Part shown: one piece after another, positions 25,476 through 39,562 of the stretch
Position numbering within the stretch: the stretch's first letter is position 1
How the letters are laid out: every line of letters begins with the position of its first letter
NCBI RefSeq assembly: GCF_006345805.1
Contig: NC_042998.1
Span: 165,540,001-165,604,000 of the forward strand
Length of the DNA stretch: 64,000 nt
DNA from: Octopus sinensis
Taxonomy: Eukaryota
Direction: 5' to 3'
The notes under the pieces: model-generated
Database searches by the model: none
Seen by the model: only the letters and a program-made list of their open reading frames with translations
What the model was told of the DNA's origin: nothing
Made by a program: the position numbers and the translations under genes

Positions 25476-26849
25476 TTTGACATCAGATATATTATTTAAA
25501 TAGTGATTCACATGAAGCAAAGATATTTTCTAGAAACGCATATTTACCATATCCTCTGTTGTCCTTCATATTATCCTAGTATTTTCACTAAATTTGCCAG
25601 CAAGATGTATGTATATCACATAATGCCACGCAAGACGTTCTATTCTTTCACAAAAATATACTCCACATTGCTTCTACTTCTCGTTAACTCTTCCACTCTG
25701 TTATTCTCCTTTCCACGTGCATACTTATTTTCACCTATCTCTACTCCAATCTCTCTACAAGTTTCAAATAATTTAACGCATATACACATACATATCGGAT
25801 TTTTTTCTCTTTCATAAATGTGTGCGTGTGTGTGTCTATCTATCTATCGATCTATCTATCCATATATCTATATATATATACATACATACATACATACATA
25901 CATACATACATACATACATACATACATACATACATACATACATGCATACATACACATAATGACGTTCTTTCACAGTTCTATCGATAGCTCGTTACTTCTG
26001 ATTCTCCTTTTACAATGCATGTCAGCTATATTTCCCATTTAAACTAGCAAAGAATTGATGGAAGCAATAACGAAAAATAAGGGAAGTAACAGTCAAAAGA
26101 GGAGATTGTTTAAAAATACAAGCTTGCGGTGAGTGCAGAATTTGGATAGGAAATGTGTGTAAAGTAAAATTAATCAACATTGTATATTAATTAGTCAGTT
26201 TATTCAACAACTTGAGCAGGTGATAAGGTTTAGATGAGTCATTTTAAGTTTTAACTGTTCGCCATTTATTCTATAAGATTCAAGTCAGTTTGGTGGGGAA
26301 AACAGACGCATATGGCTTGAGATGCGTATTAATTATTTAGTGCACAGATAAAGAAAGTGGGAAAGTAATTAAGGGTAGATATCTGCCTACTTCATACAGA
26401 CACATACACTGATACAAATACAAACATCTCTATACGCGCTCGTAAATGCACACACATGTACACATGCATTTGTGTGTGCGTGTGTGTTTGTGTGTGTGTA
26501 TGTGTGTTATTTTACATTATATTAATATATAATACATATATGCAGTTAAAATAGCAAACTGCTGAAAAAATTACCAGATAAATTTCAGCTAAGAAAATAA
26601 TACTTATCATGACATTTCTCTGTTTTTCTGTTTATGAGGTAAATTCATTCCTTTATATACTTATGTAATTATTTATTCAGATAGTTTAACTGTTAACTCA
26701 TGTGTTTGGCTTATTATTCTCAATTCTCCCTTGTTTTTTCATTTTGTTTGTTTTTTTTTATTTTTTAATTCTTCAATTTTCTATTTAAACTGAAAAAGAT
26801 TTCAGCTTATCGTTTGATATTATTCATTTTTATCTTTACTTTGACACTA

Positions 26850-27950
26850 TAAAGGCGGCAAGCTGGTAGAATCGTTAGCACGCCAAGCAAAATACTGTAT
26901 TGCATCCGTCTTCACATTTTGAGTTCAAATACCACCGAGGTCGACTTTGCCTTTCATCCTTTTGGGGTCAATAAAATAAGTACCAGCTGAGCACAGAGGT
27001 CAATGTAAATGACTAGCCCTCACCCACAAAATTTCAAGCCTTGTGCCTATGGTAGAAACAATTATTACTATGAACTATAAAGGAGCGAGCTGGCAACATT
27101 GTTAGCACACCATGCAAAATTCTTAGCAACATTTCATTTGTCATTACGTTCTCAGTTCAAATACCACAAAAGTCGGCTTTGCCTTTCATTCTTTCGAGAT
27201 CGATAAATTACGTACTAGTTGATCTCTGGTGTCGCTGTAATTGCCATACCCCTTATCCCGAAATTTGCTACCAACGTTAAGCTATAAGGGAGATTCGTTA
27301 GCATACGGTACAAAATGCTGAGCGCCATGACATTTCTTCTGGTTTTATGATCTGAGTTCGAATTCCGCCGAGGTCGACTTTGCCTTCCAACTTTTCGGAA
27401 TCGATGAAATAATTACTAAGTGAGAATTGGGGTCGATGTAATCGAAAAGCCTCCTACCACCAAATTTTGGATTTTGTGTCTATAGTGGTAATAATTACTA
27501 CGTTGAACTACAGGGCAGCGATCTGTGAGAAATGTAATCGCGTTGGGAAAATGCTTTGCAGTTTTTCCTCTGGTCCGTCATGGTTTGGTTCAAGTCCCGT
27601 TGGGGGTAACTTTGCTTTTCATCCTTCCGAGATCTATAAAATTAATACCTAACAAGCACTGAGGTTGCTGGTATCGATTAAACTCCTCACCCCCAAATTG
27701 CTATCCTTGTGTCTTACGTTGAATTATTGTATGGTAGATTGAGAAAGTCGATAGAGCGTCGAGAAGAAAATGCTTACGGTATTTTTACCAGCTTCTAATT
27801 AAGTTCAAGTCCCGTCAAGGTCAACACATAGGTTTTTCTTCCTTCCGGGATCAGTGCAGTAAAGAGCCAGTGTAGTACTGGCGTCGATGTGATCGATTAA
27901 TCCTTTCCCCTCAAAAAGTGTTGACCTTGTATCAAAATTAGAAATAAATA
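26850..27950 (+). mobile_element. Head-to-tail array of about five SINE A copies
   Basis: Core gcctttcatcc/gtcgat motif recurs at ~26950, 27180, 27380, 27615 and 27835, all on +, separated by short att-rich tails. Confidence 0.8.
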
Positions 27951-30900
27951 TCATATTATTTACTACATTATATGTATAGATTACGTTAATGCTCCATTTA
28001 TAATCAAAGTTTCGTTACTGTCGAATAATACACACATAGATGACTGGGTGACTCGTTAAATATCTATCTGATGAGGTAACGTTTTTAGTGGATTTTTTTA
28101 CATCTTTACCTGATAAATTCTCCAACTTAATTTGTTTTTTTCACACTACACTTTGTTCATTTAATAAGTTAGTAAATCCTTTTTACCTTTAAAACAAGCA
28201 TTTGATAGATTAGAGAGTCTAGTTCAGTAGTTCTCAACTAACTTTTTATGTTTTTTTCCTATAAACCGCTTTAATTCCTATTTTACTCTGCTGGAGCCTC
28301 CATAGCCATTTGATGTATATATAAAAAAATCTTACTGTATTTTTATGATTAGATATTATCAGGGATTGTAATTAAAAAATTAAAATCTTTTGTGTATGGT
28401 AGAAGTGTAACCAATTTATTGCACATAGATTTTAACAAAAAAATCGCATATAGACCCCCACGGGCCATGTGGACTCTGATTGAGAACCACTGGTAGCTGA
28501 TATCCTTTATTCCATATTGTTTGATTTTTTTTTCTTCTAGTTTTTAGATTCGATGTGATACCAGTAACTTCCAGCAACAGTATTATTCTAAACTAAACTT
28601 AGTATCATTTTTGTTTTATCTACAATCAACCTTGCTTCAGTTGAATTATTTTTAAAAGAATTTCAGTCGTGACCACCCGGTATTTTTCCTAAACACAGTG
28701 CACCCAATATCACATAGTCTAATGTATTCCTATTCGTTTCTTTTAAGACACTTCATCGGAACTTGAAGGCATTCGGTTTACTATTTTTAGTAGATAACGT
28801 GATCTTATAGAGGCTTCTTCGTTGGATCTCTTGTGACAATCTTTATTTATGAGATTTTTCAGTAAGCCCTCTATAGCTGTAATACATTGCATGAACGATC
28901 TTAACTTAGCAAACTAGTACTTTTGAAAGATGAAATGACTTCAAAGATATTATCTACATGATAACACTAACTCAAAACACAAAATAGGAAACGAAATATT
29001 ATGGAATAATTCTCCATATAGTTTAAAAGTTCTTTCTAATGTCACAAGAATTTCTTTAAATCTTAGAAATTAGCATTTTCCAACAGACTACAGAGATCAT
29101 AAAATGTTTAGTAGAAATTATAAGGTGACCAACAATCATAATAATTGCCTTCTCGATTACATATGGTTCTTTATAAGTTACTAGTTTATCGAACTCAGAA
29201 TATTTTACTTACGTATTGTCACATGGTCTCTCTTCTATCGTATGAATAATCGGCTGCGTGAAACTCAGAATAACGATCAAACCAAGAAGTTTCGGCATCT
29301 AATGAAATATAGAAACTCTACCGTCTATGTGTAGTAGCATTTCTTTATGAAAAAATTGTTCGCGAATCGATATGTGCGCGCGTGTGTGTGTGTGTGTGTG
29401 TATTTACATGTACGTATATGTCATATATATGTCTACATACACTCACACATATACACACATACATGTGCGTGTATGCATGCATAAATATATATATATAAAG
29501 TGAGAGAGAGAGAGAGAGAGAGAGAGAGCAATCTCACATTATTCAAATACACACCACAAACTTACACATTGACATATTAGTTTATTGTCCAATGCTTTGG
29601 AAGAAAAAGTATAAACTTCAGAAACTGCCTTGGAAATGATCTTAGAGACAAAAGCCGAAATGAAATAGTTAATAGTTCCTGCAAAGTAAGTCGATATCTA
29701 CAGATGTTTGGCAAGTCTGATGAAGCTTTACGATCTAATAGTGGTAAAATTCCGATTCACCAAGCAATTAGTTTCCTCCGTTGATCAAAGCGAAAGGAAT
29801 ATGTTGGAATGTATCACCAGTTCTTTTTGTAGCTTACTTAATCAAATTTCGCTATTATCCTTCTCTTTGCAAGTTTGTGATAACCACCAAAGAAATCAAT
29901 AAAATTCTACTGTCCTTTCTCAGTGTTGGTTTTAAGATAAAATAAAATAAGAAAGAAAATAAAAATAAAGAACATAAATAAACATAAGAAACGGTAAACG
30001 TAAAAGATAGAAATGTTGGTGGAAGGGAGGAAAGGAACGAAGGAAAAAAATATCATTTTATGTTTTAATATTTTTCATAAATTGGTCACACATACAAAGT
30101 GAAGGAGATCGTTGTCAGAAACTATTCTATGAAGCTCGTTGGCCAATGTCTGTAGAAGTTTCTTTGGAAACAACACACGCCAAAATGTCGTAATATAAAT
30201 TCGAAGCCAGTCATCTGCAATGAAGCAGAAACTCTAAATTTCCCGGTTGTTACTAAGTACCTCAACCACCAGCTATCAGTGAGTGATTGCTTGTCTAAAG
30301 CGATTAAAAAGTTGGACATTCACAGCAACCGTGAATCAACAGAACATAATTTACAACTGACACTCTACCATAAACCATTTAGTGACTCATTCGTCTGACT
30401 TTAACACCGTAACAGAAGACTCTGAAAAAGACTAGCCTCTTAGACTAGATGCCAGGCTATAAATCAGTAAATATAGATACTTTGTTTTTAATTGTTTTCT
30501 TTTCCTTCTTTATTTTGTGTGTGTGATTGTTGCTATTGCTACTGCTACTGTTTATGTAGTTAAAAACCTACAGGATTTGTATTTCGAATTCAGTCACTTT
30601 TTCTTTGCTATTGTTCATTTTTTGTTTGTTTTGCCTGTGTTTGTGTACGTATGTGTGCGAGAAGTTTGTATAATTTTTTTTTCTATTTTATTTGCAAAAA
30701 AATAAACCAAAGCAAAGTGGTGACTTGTTAGATATCCCGTTAAGTTACTCCGATACTTAAAACCGTTGACTCATTGAATCACACTGCATTTTCCTCTCAG
30801 TTCTTCTATTTAATACAAACATGTTAAAATTCGAGGCAAAGCATAATACGGGCTTTATGAGCTTTTTAGACTCTTATACACTGAGATGTACTCCCGTTAA

Positions 30901-31494
30901 TAATTAATGTAATATTAGTCAATGATTAATAGCTTCATTTCCTCACTGCTTAATTATTGATGACTAAATATTTAATGCTCCCTACATTATATACGTAAGC
31001 ATTAACTTCGCTATTGCTATGGCATCCCAGTAATTAATTAATTAATATATGAATTTGTTCTATCAATGCATGTACAATATCTGCTTAGTGTTTCTTTCCT
31101 CTCCACATAAGTAAATACGGTATCTTTTATCTTCAGAGAAGAGGTTCAATAACACGGAAACATGACCGATACTTGCTAGATTGGTTAACACAATATCACT
31201 CATTGATTAATATTGTAGTTTTCTCACCGCATTTGAATATTAAAGGTAAATGTTTTACGATCTGAAACTACAGTTCACTATCGAGTATTGTTCCTTTACT
31301 TTAATCTTTATGTTTTTACTAGATTTAGCCACTGGATTACTGTTATACCGACGCACATATACGCATACACACACACACGCACAACAGGTATACGCACGGA
31401 GAAACACTCAATATATATAACAGAATTTATTCATTTCTTCAAAGTTAATATTTCACTCCGTCACCACTCAGAGGTTTCCATATATTATTTTTAA

Positions 31495-31543
<49 letters not shown>

Positions 31544-31847
31544 TATATTATATTATATTATATTATATTATATTATATTATATTATATTATATAACATTA
31601 TTATATTATATAACATTATTATATTATATTATATTATATTATATATATTATATTATATTGTATTGTATATATAGTTAAACCAGGTATTGATATTTTGAAT
31701 ACATTTAATACACGTTTCAGAGAATTACGCAGGAGAGAAAAAGAATTCATCTCTTACGTAAAATCTTCCTCAGTTAAGATATTTACACACACACACACAC
31801 ATATATATGTCTGCGTGTATGTTTGTACTAGTGTTTGTGTGTGTGTG

Positions 31848-31878
<31 letters not shown>

Positions 31879-33494
31879 CGTGTGTGTGTGCGTGTGTGTG
31901 CGTGTGTGTGCGTGTGTTTAGGTTCGTGGAGAACAACCATAGTTTCAGTAGCTTTCTTCTGGATAAGTTTTGAACTAAAATCTAGACAAAATATTTCATA
32001 ATTTGTGATTTTCGCACAGTTGCACGTTCAAAATTCTATTTAAAGCCTTTTCTTACAAGTTTAAGTGATGGTAGACTGTTGCTTAAGCAACTGAGAACGA
32101 TCCATTGATATACATTTGGTTTATCATATGATACAATACGATAACTTTGGCAGTTTCTGTTCGAAGCAGTGCCTCATAAAACAAAAGTCATCAATGTGAT
32201 CTAATCGAAGCCACATTCACGATAAATGTTTAGTTTACTAAAAGAGATACGACTACATTAATCTCCTTGTAGAAGAGCTGAGTGGTGAGAGCATAAACAC
32301 ACACACGCATACGCACGCGCGCGCTCACACATACACACACGTAAACACTAGTACACACACACACACACACGCACACAACCACTCACTAAGTTAAGAATTT
32401 TCTATGTCGTTGTTCAAGCTTATAGAAATAGAAGCTACATTTCATTTCCTCCTTAAAAAGATGGGACGGTCTCATGACTTGAATACATTTGACTAGATGT
32501 TTATTGGAGACAGACAACAACAATGGTAAAGAATTATTCTATGCAGTTATTTATTTGTTTTCGATAACTCTGTGAACTTAATTACTGAGTACAGAATCTG
32601 AGGTTTAGAGCAAAGAATAAGATTGTGTAGTTATTGTAAACTGACAACTAATTAACATAAAAGGGCAACAAATAGAAATTAAAACTGAGACAACTCTGTT
32701 TTCTAGGATTTCCATCCTCTTACTCAACGGGGTAGTTCATGACCCGTTATGCAGTCACTCCACGCAGTAGCGGGAGGATGGTGATCAGGAGCTTTATACA
32801 TAGATTTCTGAAACGAGTGGTGGAAAACGAACGAAGGAAGCTTGACTCATATGTTGTTGCGATGTGAAATACATAAAGTTATCGAGATATAGGAGACTTG
32901 AGTTGAATGATAGCAACAGATTTGCTTTGCGCTAAAGGCACCCAAGAATAAATGGTGGTTTTAAGCAGTACGACAGATTACTCATGCCATCAAAAAGTAG
33001 ATACACACCAATTGATAGGCTTCCGCTACGTTTCTGTCAGTTTAATTTGTTTCTTAAAACGTGGGTCATCTTTAAGTTAGTGTAAAATACATTTGCCTGT
33101 GGTGCTGCGCAAACTACAAAAATCCTTTAAATGAGCAAACCACAAGACCCTTTAAATTCTTCAAAAGCTGAAATCGATAAATTGTTATGTTCTCCTTGAA
33201 ACATCACAGCAAGACGCAGAATTTTGTCTTTATCCTTCAAAGATGTTCTTCTAACAATATCATCATCCATTAAACATCAAATTAAGATGAATATGTTATA
33301 AGTATTAACGATGTATATCTGACAAAGCATGATCTAATAGTAGGTCTTCTAGAAATAGCCGCCAAACTGTTCCTCAAATCAACTACTAGCATCTTTAAGA
33401 AAAGATTTATAAGTTCTGAAGCAACAACTTTTTGATCACTGTCACGCTGCACTATTAAAGCTTTGCATATTAAGTTTCTTAAAGCAATTAAGGC

Positions 33495-34350
33495 GGCGAG
33501 CAGGCAGAATCGTCAGAGCATCAGAACTTTGAAAGCGTTTTTGCTTTCTGAGTTCAAATGCCGTCAAAGTTCACTTTGCTTTTCATCCTACCAGGGTCGA
33601 TAAAATAAAGTACCAGTGAAGCACTGGTAGGAGTGGGCAATGCTCTCGACTAACCTACCAACTCTGAAAATGCAGGACTTATACCTAATTTAGAGGCAAT
33701 ATTGTCTAACTAAATGCTTAGCGGTATTTCGTTGGCCGCTACGTTCTGAGTTCAAATTCCGCCGAGGTCGACTTTGCCTTTCATCCTTTCGGGGTCGATT
33801 ATATAAGTACCAGTTAAGCGCTGGGGTCGATATAATCGACTTAATCCGTTTGTCTGTCCTTGTTTGTCCTCTCTGTGTTTAGCCCTTTGTGGATAGTAAA
33901 GAAATAGGTATTTCGTCTGCCGCTGCGTTCTGAATTCAAATTCCGCCGAGGTCGACTTTGCCTTTCATCCTTCTGGAGTCTATAAAGAAATTACCAGTTG
34001 AGTGCTGAGTGTCGATGTAATCGAATTAGCCCCACCCCTGAAACTGCTGGACTAGTGCCAAAATTTGAAACCAATATTGGGTAATTGATACTTTGCTGTA
34101 TATTGTCACTGATGTTATGATTGATATTAAATCTTATAATTGACACAACTGAGCCGCAGAAACATTACCGAGTAAGAGAAAATATTTAGCGGCATTTTTA
34201 TCAGCTGTTCTAAGTTGAAATTCCATCGAGATCCACTTTGTCTTTCTTCCATTCGAGCTTGGTAAAGTAAGTCTCACTTGAACATTGAGGTCGATATAAT
34301 TAATTTACCATCTCTTTTAAAATTACTGACCTTATAGCAAAATTTGAGAC
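33495..34350 (+). mobile_element. SINE A cluster including a dimeric copy (~33713-34070)
   Basis: The same dimer junction (gtggatagtaaagaaataggtatttcgtc) as in 25079-25475. Confidence 0.85.
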
Positions 34351-35005
34351 TATTATTGGCAAGACTGACTGTATTTTTAATGATAGCATAGTACATCCCT
34401 CTCAACTGGTGTTTTACTATTGTTAACGTTCTTTTTGTTTTTATTTAACTAAATCTATCATTTGATAATACTCTCTAGTTTTTGTTAGTCATATCTCTTG
34501 CTCGAGAGTTGCATTAGTTTGCATGTTGTTTCAATGTATTCTAATTCAACTTATTCAAGTCCGTTGTTACATATGTTGATGAGGTCACCGCAAATTAATT
34601 CATTGCTAATTTACAAGTTATAACTGTTGTCGTTATTTTTATCTCTATATCAAACTTCATCGAGCAGAACATTGATCAAAGACTTTCCAGCTTTAGTCAC
34701 TCTATTTTTTTCATTCAAAATGACAAAAGCAGCTAACGGTAGATTATGATCAAGTTTTTAAGACAGTGAGAGTGAATGGAGTCAAATTTCTTGGGATTTT
34801 GGGTTAGCGCGTTGCTATAATTATTGCTGTTGCAGCTTAAATGTTGGTCAGCTCTGATCACACATATCTATAATCAACACACACATACGCATGAATATAT
34901 ACACACACACATATTTGAATATACATATATTGATACACACATACATATATACCTCTACATATATAAAGTTATATGTGTATATGTAATATATATATATAAT
35001 ATATA

Positions 35006-35088
<83 letters not shown>

Positions 35089-35543
35089 TATCAAATAAAA
35101 TTAAAAATAGAACACAAAGGATATCGCGGTACACTTATCAAATATTCACCCTAAATTTACAGTACCTACTTTATATACATATATACATAGATATATATAC
35201 ACACATATATACATATAATTAAACACACACACGGGCGTATGTGTGTGTGTGTAGCTGTGCATGTGCTTGTGTGTTTGTGAGTGAGTATATAAATCATGAG
35301 ATAATATTTGTAATATTTTACACTATTCCACACTCTCCAACACTTTTGTTGTATAAAAACCATCCAACATGCCATCAACCCGGTTCCCTGATCCCTTTTT
35401 TTTTTCTTATGTGATATTCACAGGAGAGAAGAGTGGCAAATATATAAGATAGTTCAAACCAAAAGTAGCTTATTATTCCAGACTTGTCCATCATGTTCGA
35501 ATTTGTAGATTTAGCCACATGCTTGATGGATTTAAAATTCTAA

Positions 35544-36758
35544 TATCAGGTCATCCCATAAGTTCTGTCCGATTTTAACTGTTTTAAAAATTGAATGAAA
35601 TTTAATAGTATCTTAGAATATCTAATTGAATTGAAAATTATTTTTATGCATTTGTCTACATTTAAACTAATTAGATATTATTTTACAGAATAATAGAATT
35701 AAATTTTCTTTGATTAAAACCCTTTCTAATATAGAAGTATCCAAAGAGCATTTAAGGCACATTATGCTTTGTGACTACGAAACGACTCGAAACATACACA
35801 CAGTTTATGGGAAAGAATGTGTGAATGAAAGAACTTGCAGAAGATGGTTTGCAAAATTCAGAAGTGGAGATTTCAGCCTTGAAGAGAAAGATCGAACAGG
35901 ACGTCCAGTTGGGTTTGATGATAAGCTCCTTGAGGCGTTATTTGAAGAAAATCCTGCATTATCAGTTGAAGAATTGGCAATAAAGCTTAGTTCAAACCAT
36001 ACGACTGTTCATCGTCATATTCAACAACTTGGAAAGGTTCCTAAACTTGGAAGATGAGTGCCTCATGAATTGTCCGAAACCAACCGGAAATCCTGAGTTG
36101 ACATCTGCTTTTCTCTCCATTCTCGCGAACTCATTTCACCCTTTTTGGATAGACTTGTGACTGGTGACGAAAAATGGATCTTCTATCGAAATGTTAAACG
36201 TCGTAAAGAGTCGCTTGGTAAAAGGGAAAAAGCTGAACCACAACAGAGAATGAACTTCATGGAAAAAAGGTTCTTCTCTCAATCTGGTGGGATTGCAAAA
36301 GAGTAATTCACTTTGAATTGTTACCACTAATGTAGCAATCAATGCTCAAGTCTTCTGTCAGCAATTAGAGCGTTTGAACCAAGCTTTGAAGAAAAAAAAA
36401 GATCCGCTTTAGGGAATCGAAAAGGAGTGATGTTCTATCAGGACAATGTGCGACCCCACCCTGCAAAGATCACATCACAGAAGATCGAAGAGCCTGGTTG
36501 GGAAAAAATTCTTACAGAATCATTTGGGGAACATAACTTTCGCAAGCCAGGAGGAGGTCGAAACTGACATTTCAGAGTTCTTAAATTGAAACCAAAAGAG
36601 TTTTATATTGATAGGACTAAAAAGCTTGTAAATAGATGGAAGGAAGTCATAGATAATCAGGGAAAGTACATTGATGATTAAATTTCAATTGAATATAAAA
36701 TTTGATCACTTGTTTTCTTTATTCAAAATTCGGTCAGAACTTATAGGATGATCTGATA
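35544..36758 (+). mobile_element. Near full-length dead mariner (DD34D-type) transposon
   Basis: TA-flanked TIRs tcaggtcatcccataagttctgtccgatttt / aaaattcggtcagaacttataggatgatctga; start codon now ATA (35731); RRWFAKFRSGDFSL, TGA replacing W of WVPHEL (36055), DRLVTGDEKW, FYQDNVRPH; frameshifts; the YSPDL region appears deleted. Confidence 0.95.
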
Positions 36759-36839
36759 CATAAGATTTTAATACATAATCCTCAGAAACTTTATTTCCCA
36801 TCATCACAAAAATTAGTAATCGTTATATTCAAACGATAT

Positions 36840-37141
36840 CTTCTGTTGATGATAATGATGATGACGATGATAAAGATGATGATGCTGATGACGACGATGA
36901 TGTCTTATGTTTGTTGATGATGTCATTCATCCGTTTTCTTCTTACTTCGTCGTCTTCTTCTACTAATACTATCAACACCTGCACCGCCACTACAACTACT
37001 ACTGCTACTACCACCAACAACAACACTATTACAACTACCGCTACCATGCTACCACCACCACAACTACTATTACTACTGCGACTACTACTACAACCACTAC
37101 CACTACTGCTACCACCACCACCACCGCCACTACTACTACTG

Positions 37142-37222
<81 letters not shown>

Positions 37223-37235
37223 AACTACTACTACT
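36840..37235. repeat. Compound trinucleotide (GAT)/(CTA)/(CCA)
   Basis: Direct reading. Confidence 0.93.
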
Positions 37236-37402
37236 TCCTTTCCTTTCCTTTATTTTTCTTTATTTCCCTTTATTTTTTAATCTCATCCTCTAAGACATCA
37301 TGCTAATATTTCTAATAGAGATCTCGGGAAATAAATTTTTCAAGTGTATAAATGAAAGCGGTTCCTTCATACCTTGCACTCCGTTCTCTCTATCCCACCT
37401 TT

Positions 37403-37449
<47 letters not shown>

Positions 37450-38424
37450 CTCTCTCACTCACTCACTCACTCCTTCTCTCCCTTGTTCCCTCTTTCTCCC
37501 TCCCACTCTTTCTTCTTCCCACCACGAAACTTTATATAAATAACTAAATAACTATAGAGATTATTGTCAAAACATTTGATGATACGTCCATATGGGCCAA
37601 GGGGGTATTATTTGTAGAATTGATCCTATCAGATTAGAAACAGAAGGATGGACTAGTTAGGGTTTAGGATGGTACGAAAGCCTAAACCCATAACCCACCC
37701 CAACCCCCCAAAATTAGGGGTTAAACAGTGCGTGGGGAGGCGTTAACAATTACACAAGTACACAAATCTGTATATATATATATACATGGTATGATATAAT
37801 ACATTTATATATATATATATATTTGCATATATTTATAGGGATGTATGTACGCACATACATGCTCACATATGTATACAGTGTGTGTTTGTGAGTGTGTGTG
37901 TGTGTGTGTGTTTGTGTGTGAGTGTGTGTGTGTGTGCCCATGTGTAGATTTGTGTGTGACAGAGAGAGAGAGAAAGAGAGAGTAAGAGGTGAGGGAAGAG
38001 AGAACAGGGGTCAGTTAAATAAATAAACACAAGTGTTGTTATTTCGGTATCACATCAAAATATGCAAAAAAAAAGGTGTTGGTGGCGGTGGTCATGTGAT
38101 GGGATGAAACGACTTGCGTACCCATGTGAGAGGTGTATGAGTGAAGTTGTACGTACGCAGTTATTTACGTATTGCCCACGCATGATTGTTGAGTAGTGGA
38201 GAGAGAGAGAGGGAGTGAGAGAGAGAGAGAAAGAAAGAGAGAGAGAGAAAGAGAGAAGTCTTTGCCTGTTCAGCCATACGAAGTTGATGTGAATTGGGGT
38301 CGTCTGTTAATTAGATTCAAAACATAAAAACATACATACAAGCACACATGCACACATGTACATACACAGACACATAAAGATATATATAAATACATATACA
38401 CTTACACACATATATATATACACA

Positions 38425-38470
<46 letters not shown>

Positions 38471-39562
38471 TTTAAGTGAAGAGAAATTTCTGTCTTTTTC
38501 TTTATAACCTACCACCATACATCTGTTTCGGATTATATAACAGAAATACAACAGGTCGACTGGTGGTTGGACGTGATGACAGAATTAGTGAGAGTAACTG
38601 AAATCGGTGTTTCGAGTCTATGTGACCTTGATGATTGCAAAAAGTAATTGATTTATTCACATCAACCAAGCGAATTTTTCTTGCTGTTGCTGTTGTGTAG
38701 TCATTCCGAGTCCCCCTTGACTAACAGGCCTAAAACTAAAAGCATACAAGACATGGCCATACAGCTTTCTTTTCATAGAAATAAACTATAAACTATTCTC
38801 TATATTCTGTAAACTATTTTAGGCTAACAGACCTAAAACCAAAAGCATATAAGACATGACCATACTGCTTGTTTTCTTCGGTTTTGTTTTTCATAGTGAA
38901 GCCTTGTCCTGGAATCAATTTGCTCGACTAAAGGCGGTGTTCCAGCATGGCCACAGTCACATGACTGTAACAAGTAGAGGAATAAAGAGAGAAGCCTTTT
39001 AAACTATAAATTATTTTCTTTTAATAAGAAATGTCTAACTTTATAGAATGCTGAATTTAGCTTAATTTATTCGTCTCAAGTTACGCTGTGCTGACGATTC
39101 AAAAAAAAGAATGAAATAGCGTTATACATGGCTACCAACGACAGGAAATTTAAGAACTTTATAATGTGTATCTTTCATCTTTTACTTGTTCCAGTCATCA
39201 GACTGCAGCCATGGTGGGGCACCGCCTTGAGGAACTTCAGTTGAACGAACCGATATCAGTACTTTCTTTATTTTTTTAAGCCTGGTCTGTTTTGCCGCAC
39301 CGCTAATGTTACGAAATCGTAAACATAGCAATACTGGTTGTCAAGCTGTTGTGGGGGCAAGCACAGATACAAAGACATACGCACGCACACACACACACAC
39401 ACACATACACACACACATATGTATATATGTATTTATGTATCTGTTTATTTATCAATGTATGTATATGTAAAGGTGCGTTACCTGCTGGTTAGGGCGGTGC
39501 TACTCACGATTGCAAGATCCATTCTGAGATCGATTCGGTTCCCAGACTAGTGGTGCGTTGTG

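Noticed and set aside
26850-27950. Regularly spaced repeats resembling a CRISPR array
   Set aside because: The units are ~210-bp diverged SINEs in eukaryotic DNA, with no short identical repeats, unique spacers or cas genes.
28065-28115. CTGATGA followed by a ggtaa/ttacc stem
   Set aside because: No GAAA or cleavage triplet follows.
30156-30278. Possible 123-nt exon (tag|KFLWKQ...HQLS|gtgagt)
   Set aside because: The donor is strong but the acceptor lacks a pyrimidine tract and the peptide is unrecognised; needs RNA-seq.
37655-37725. ttaggg/taaccc motifs and a 9-bp hairpin
   Set aside because: Isolated motifs, not a telomeric array; too short to assign to an element.
38721-38870. ~48-bp direct repeat, 103-bp period
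   Set aside because: A short local duplication with no associated structure or ORF.
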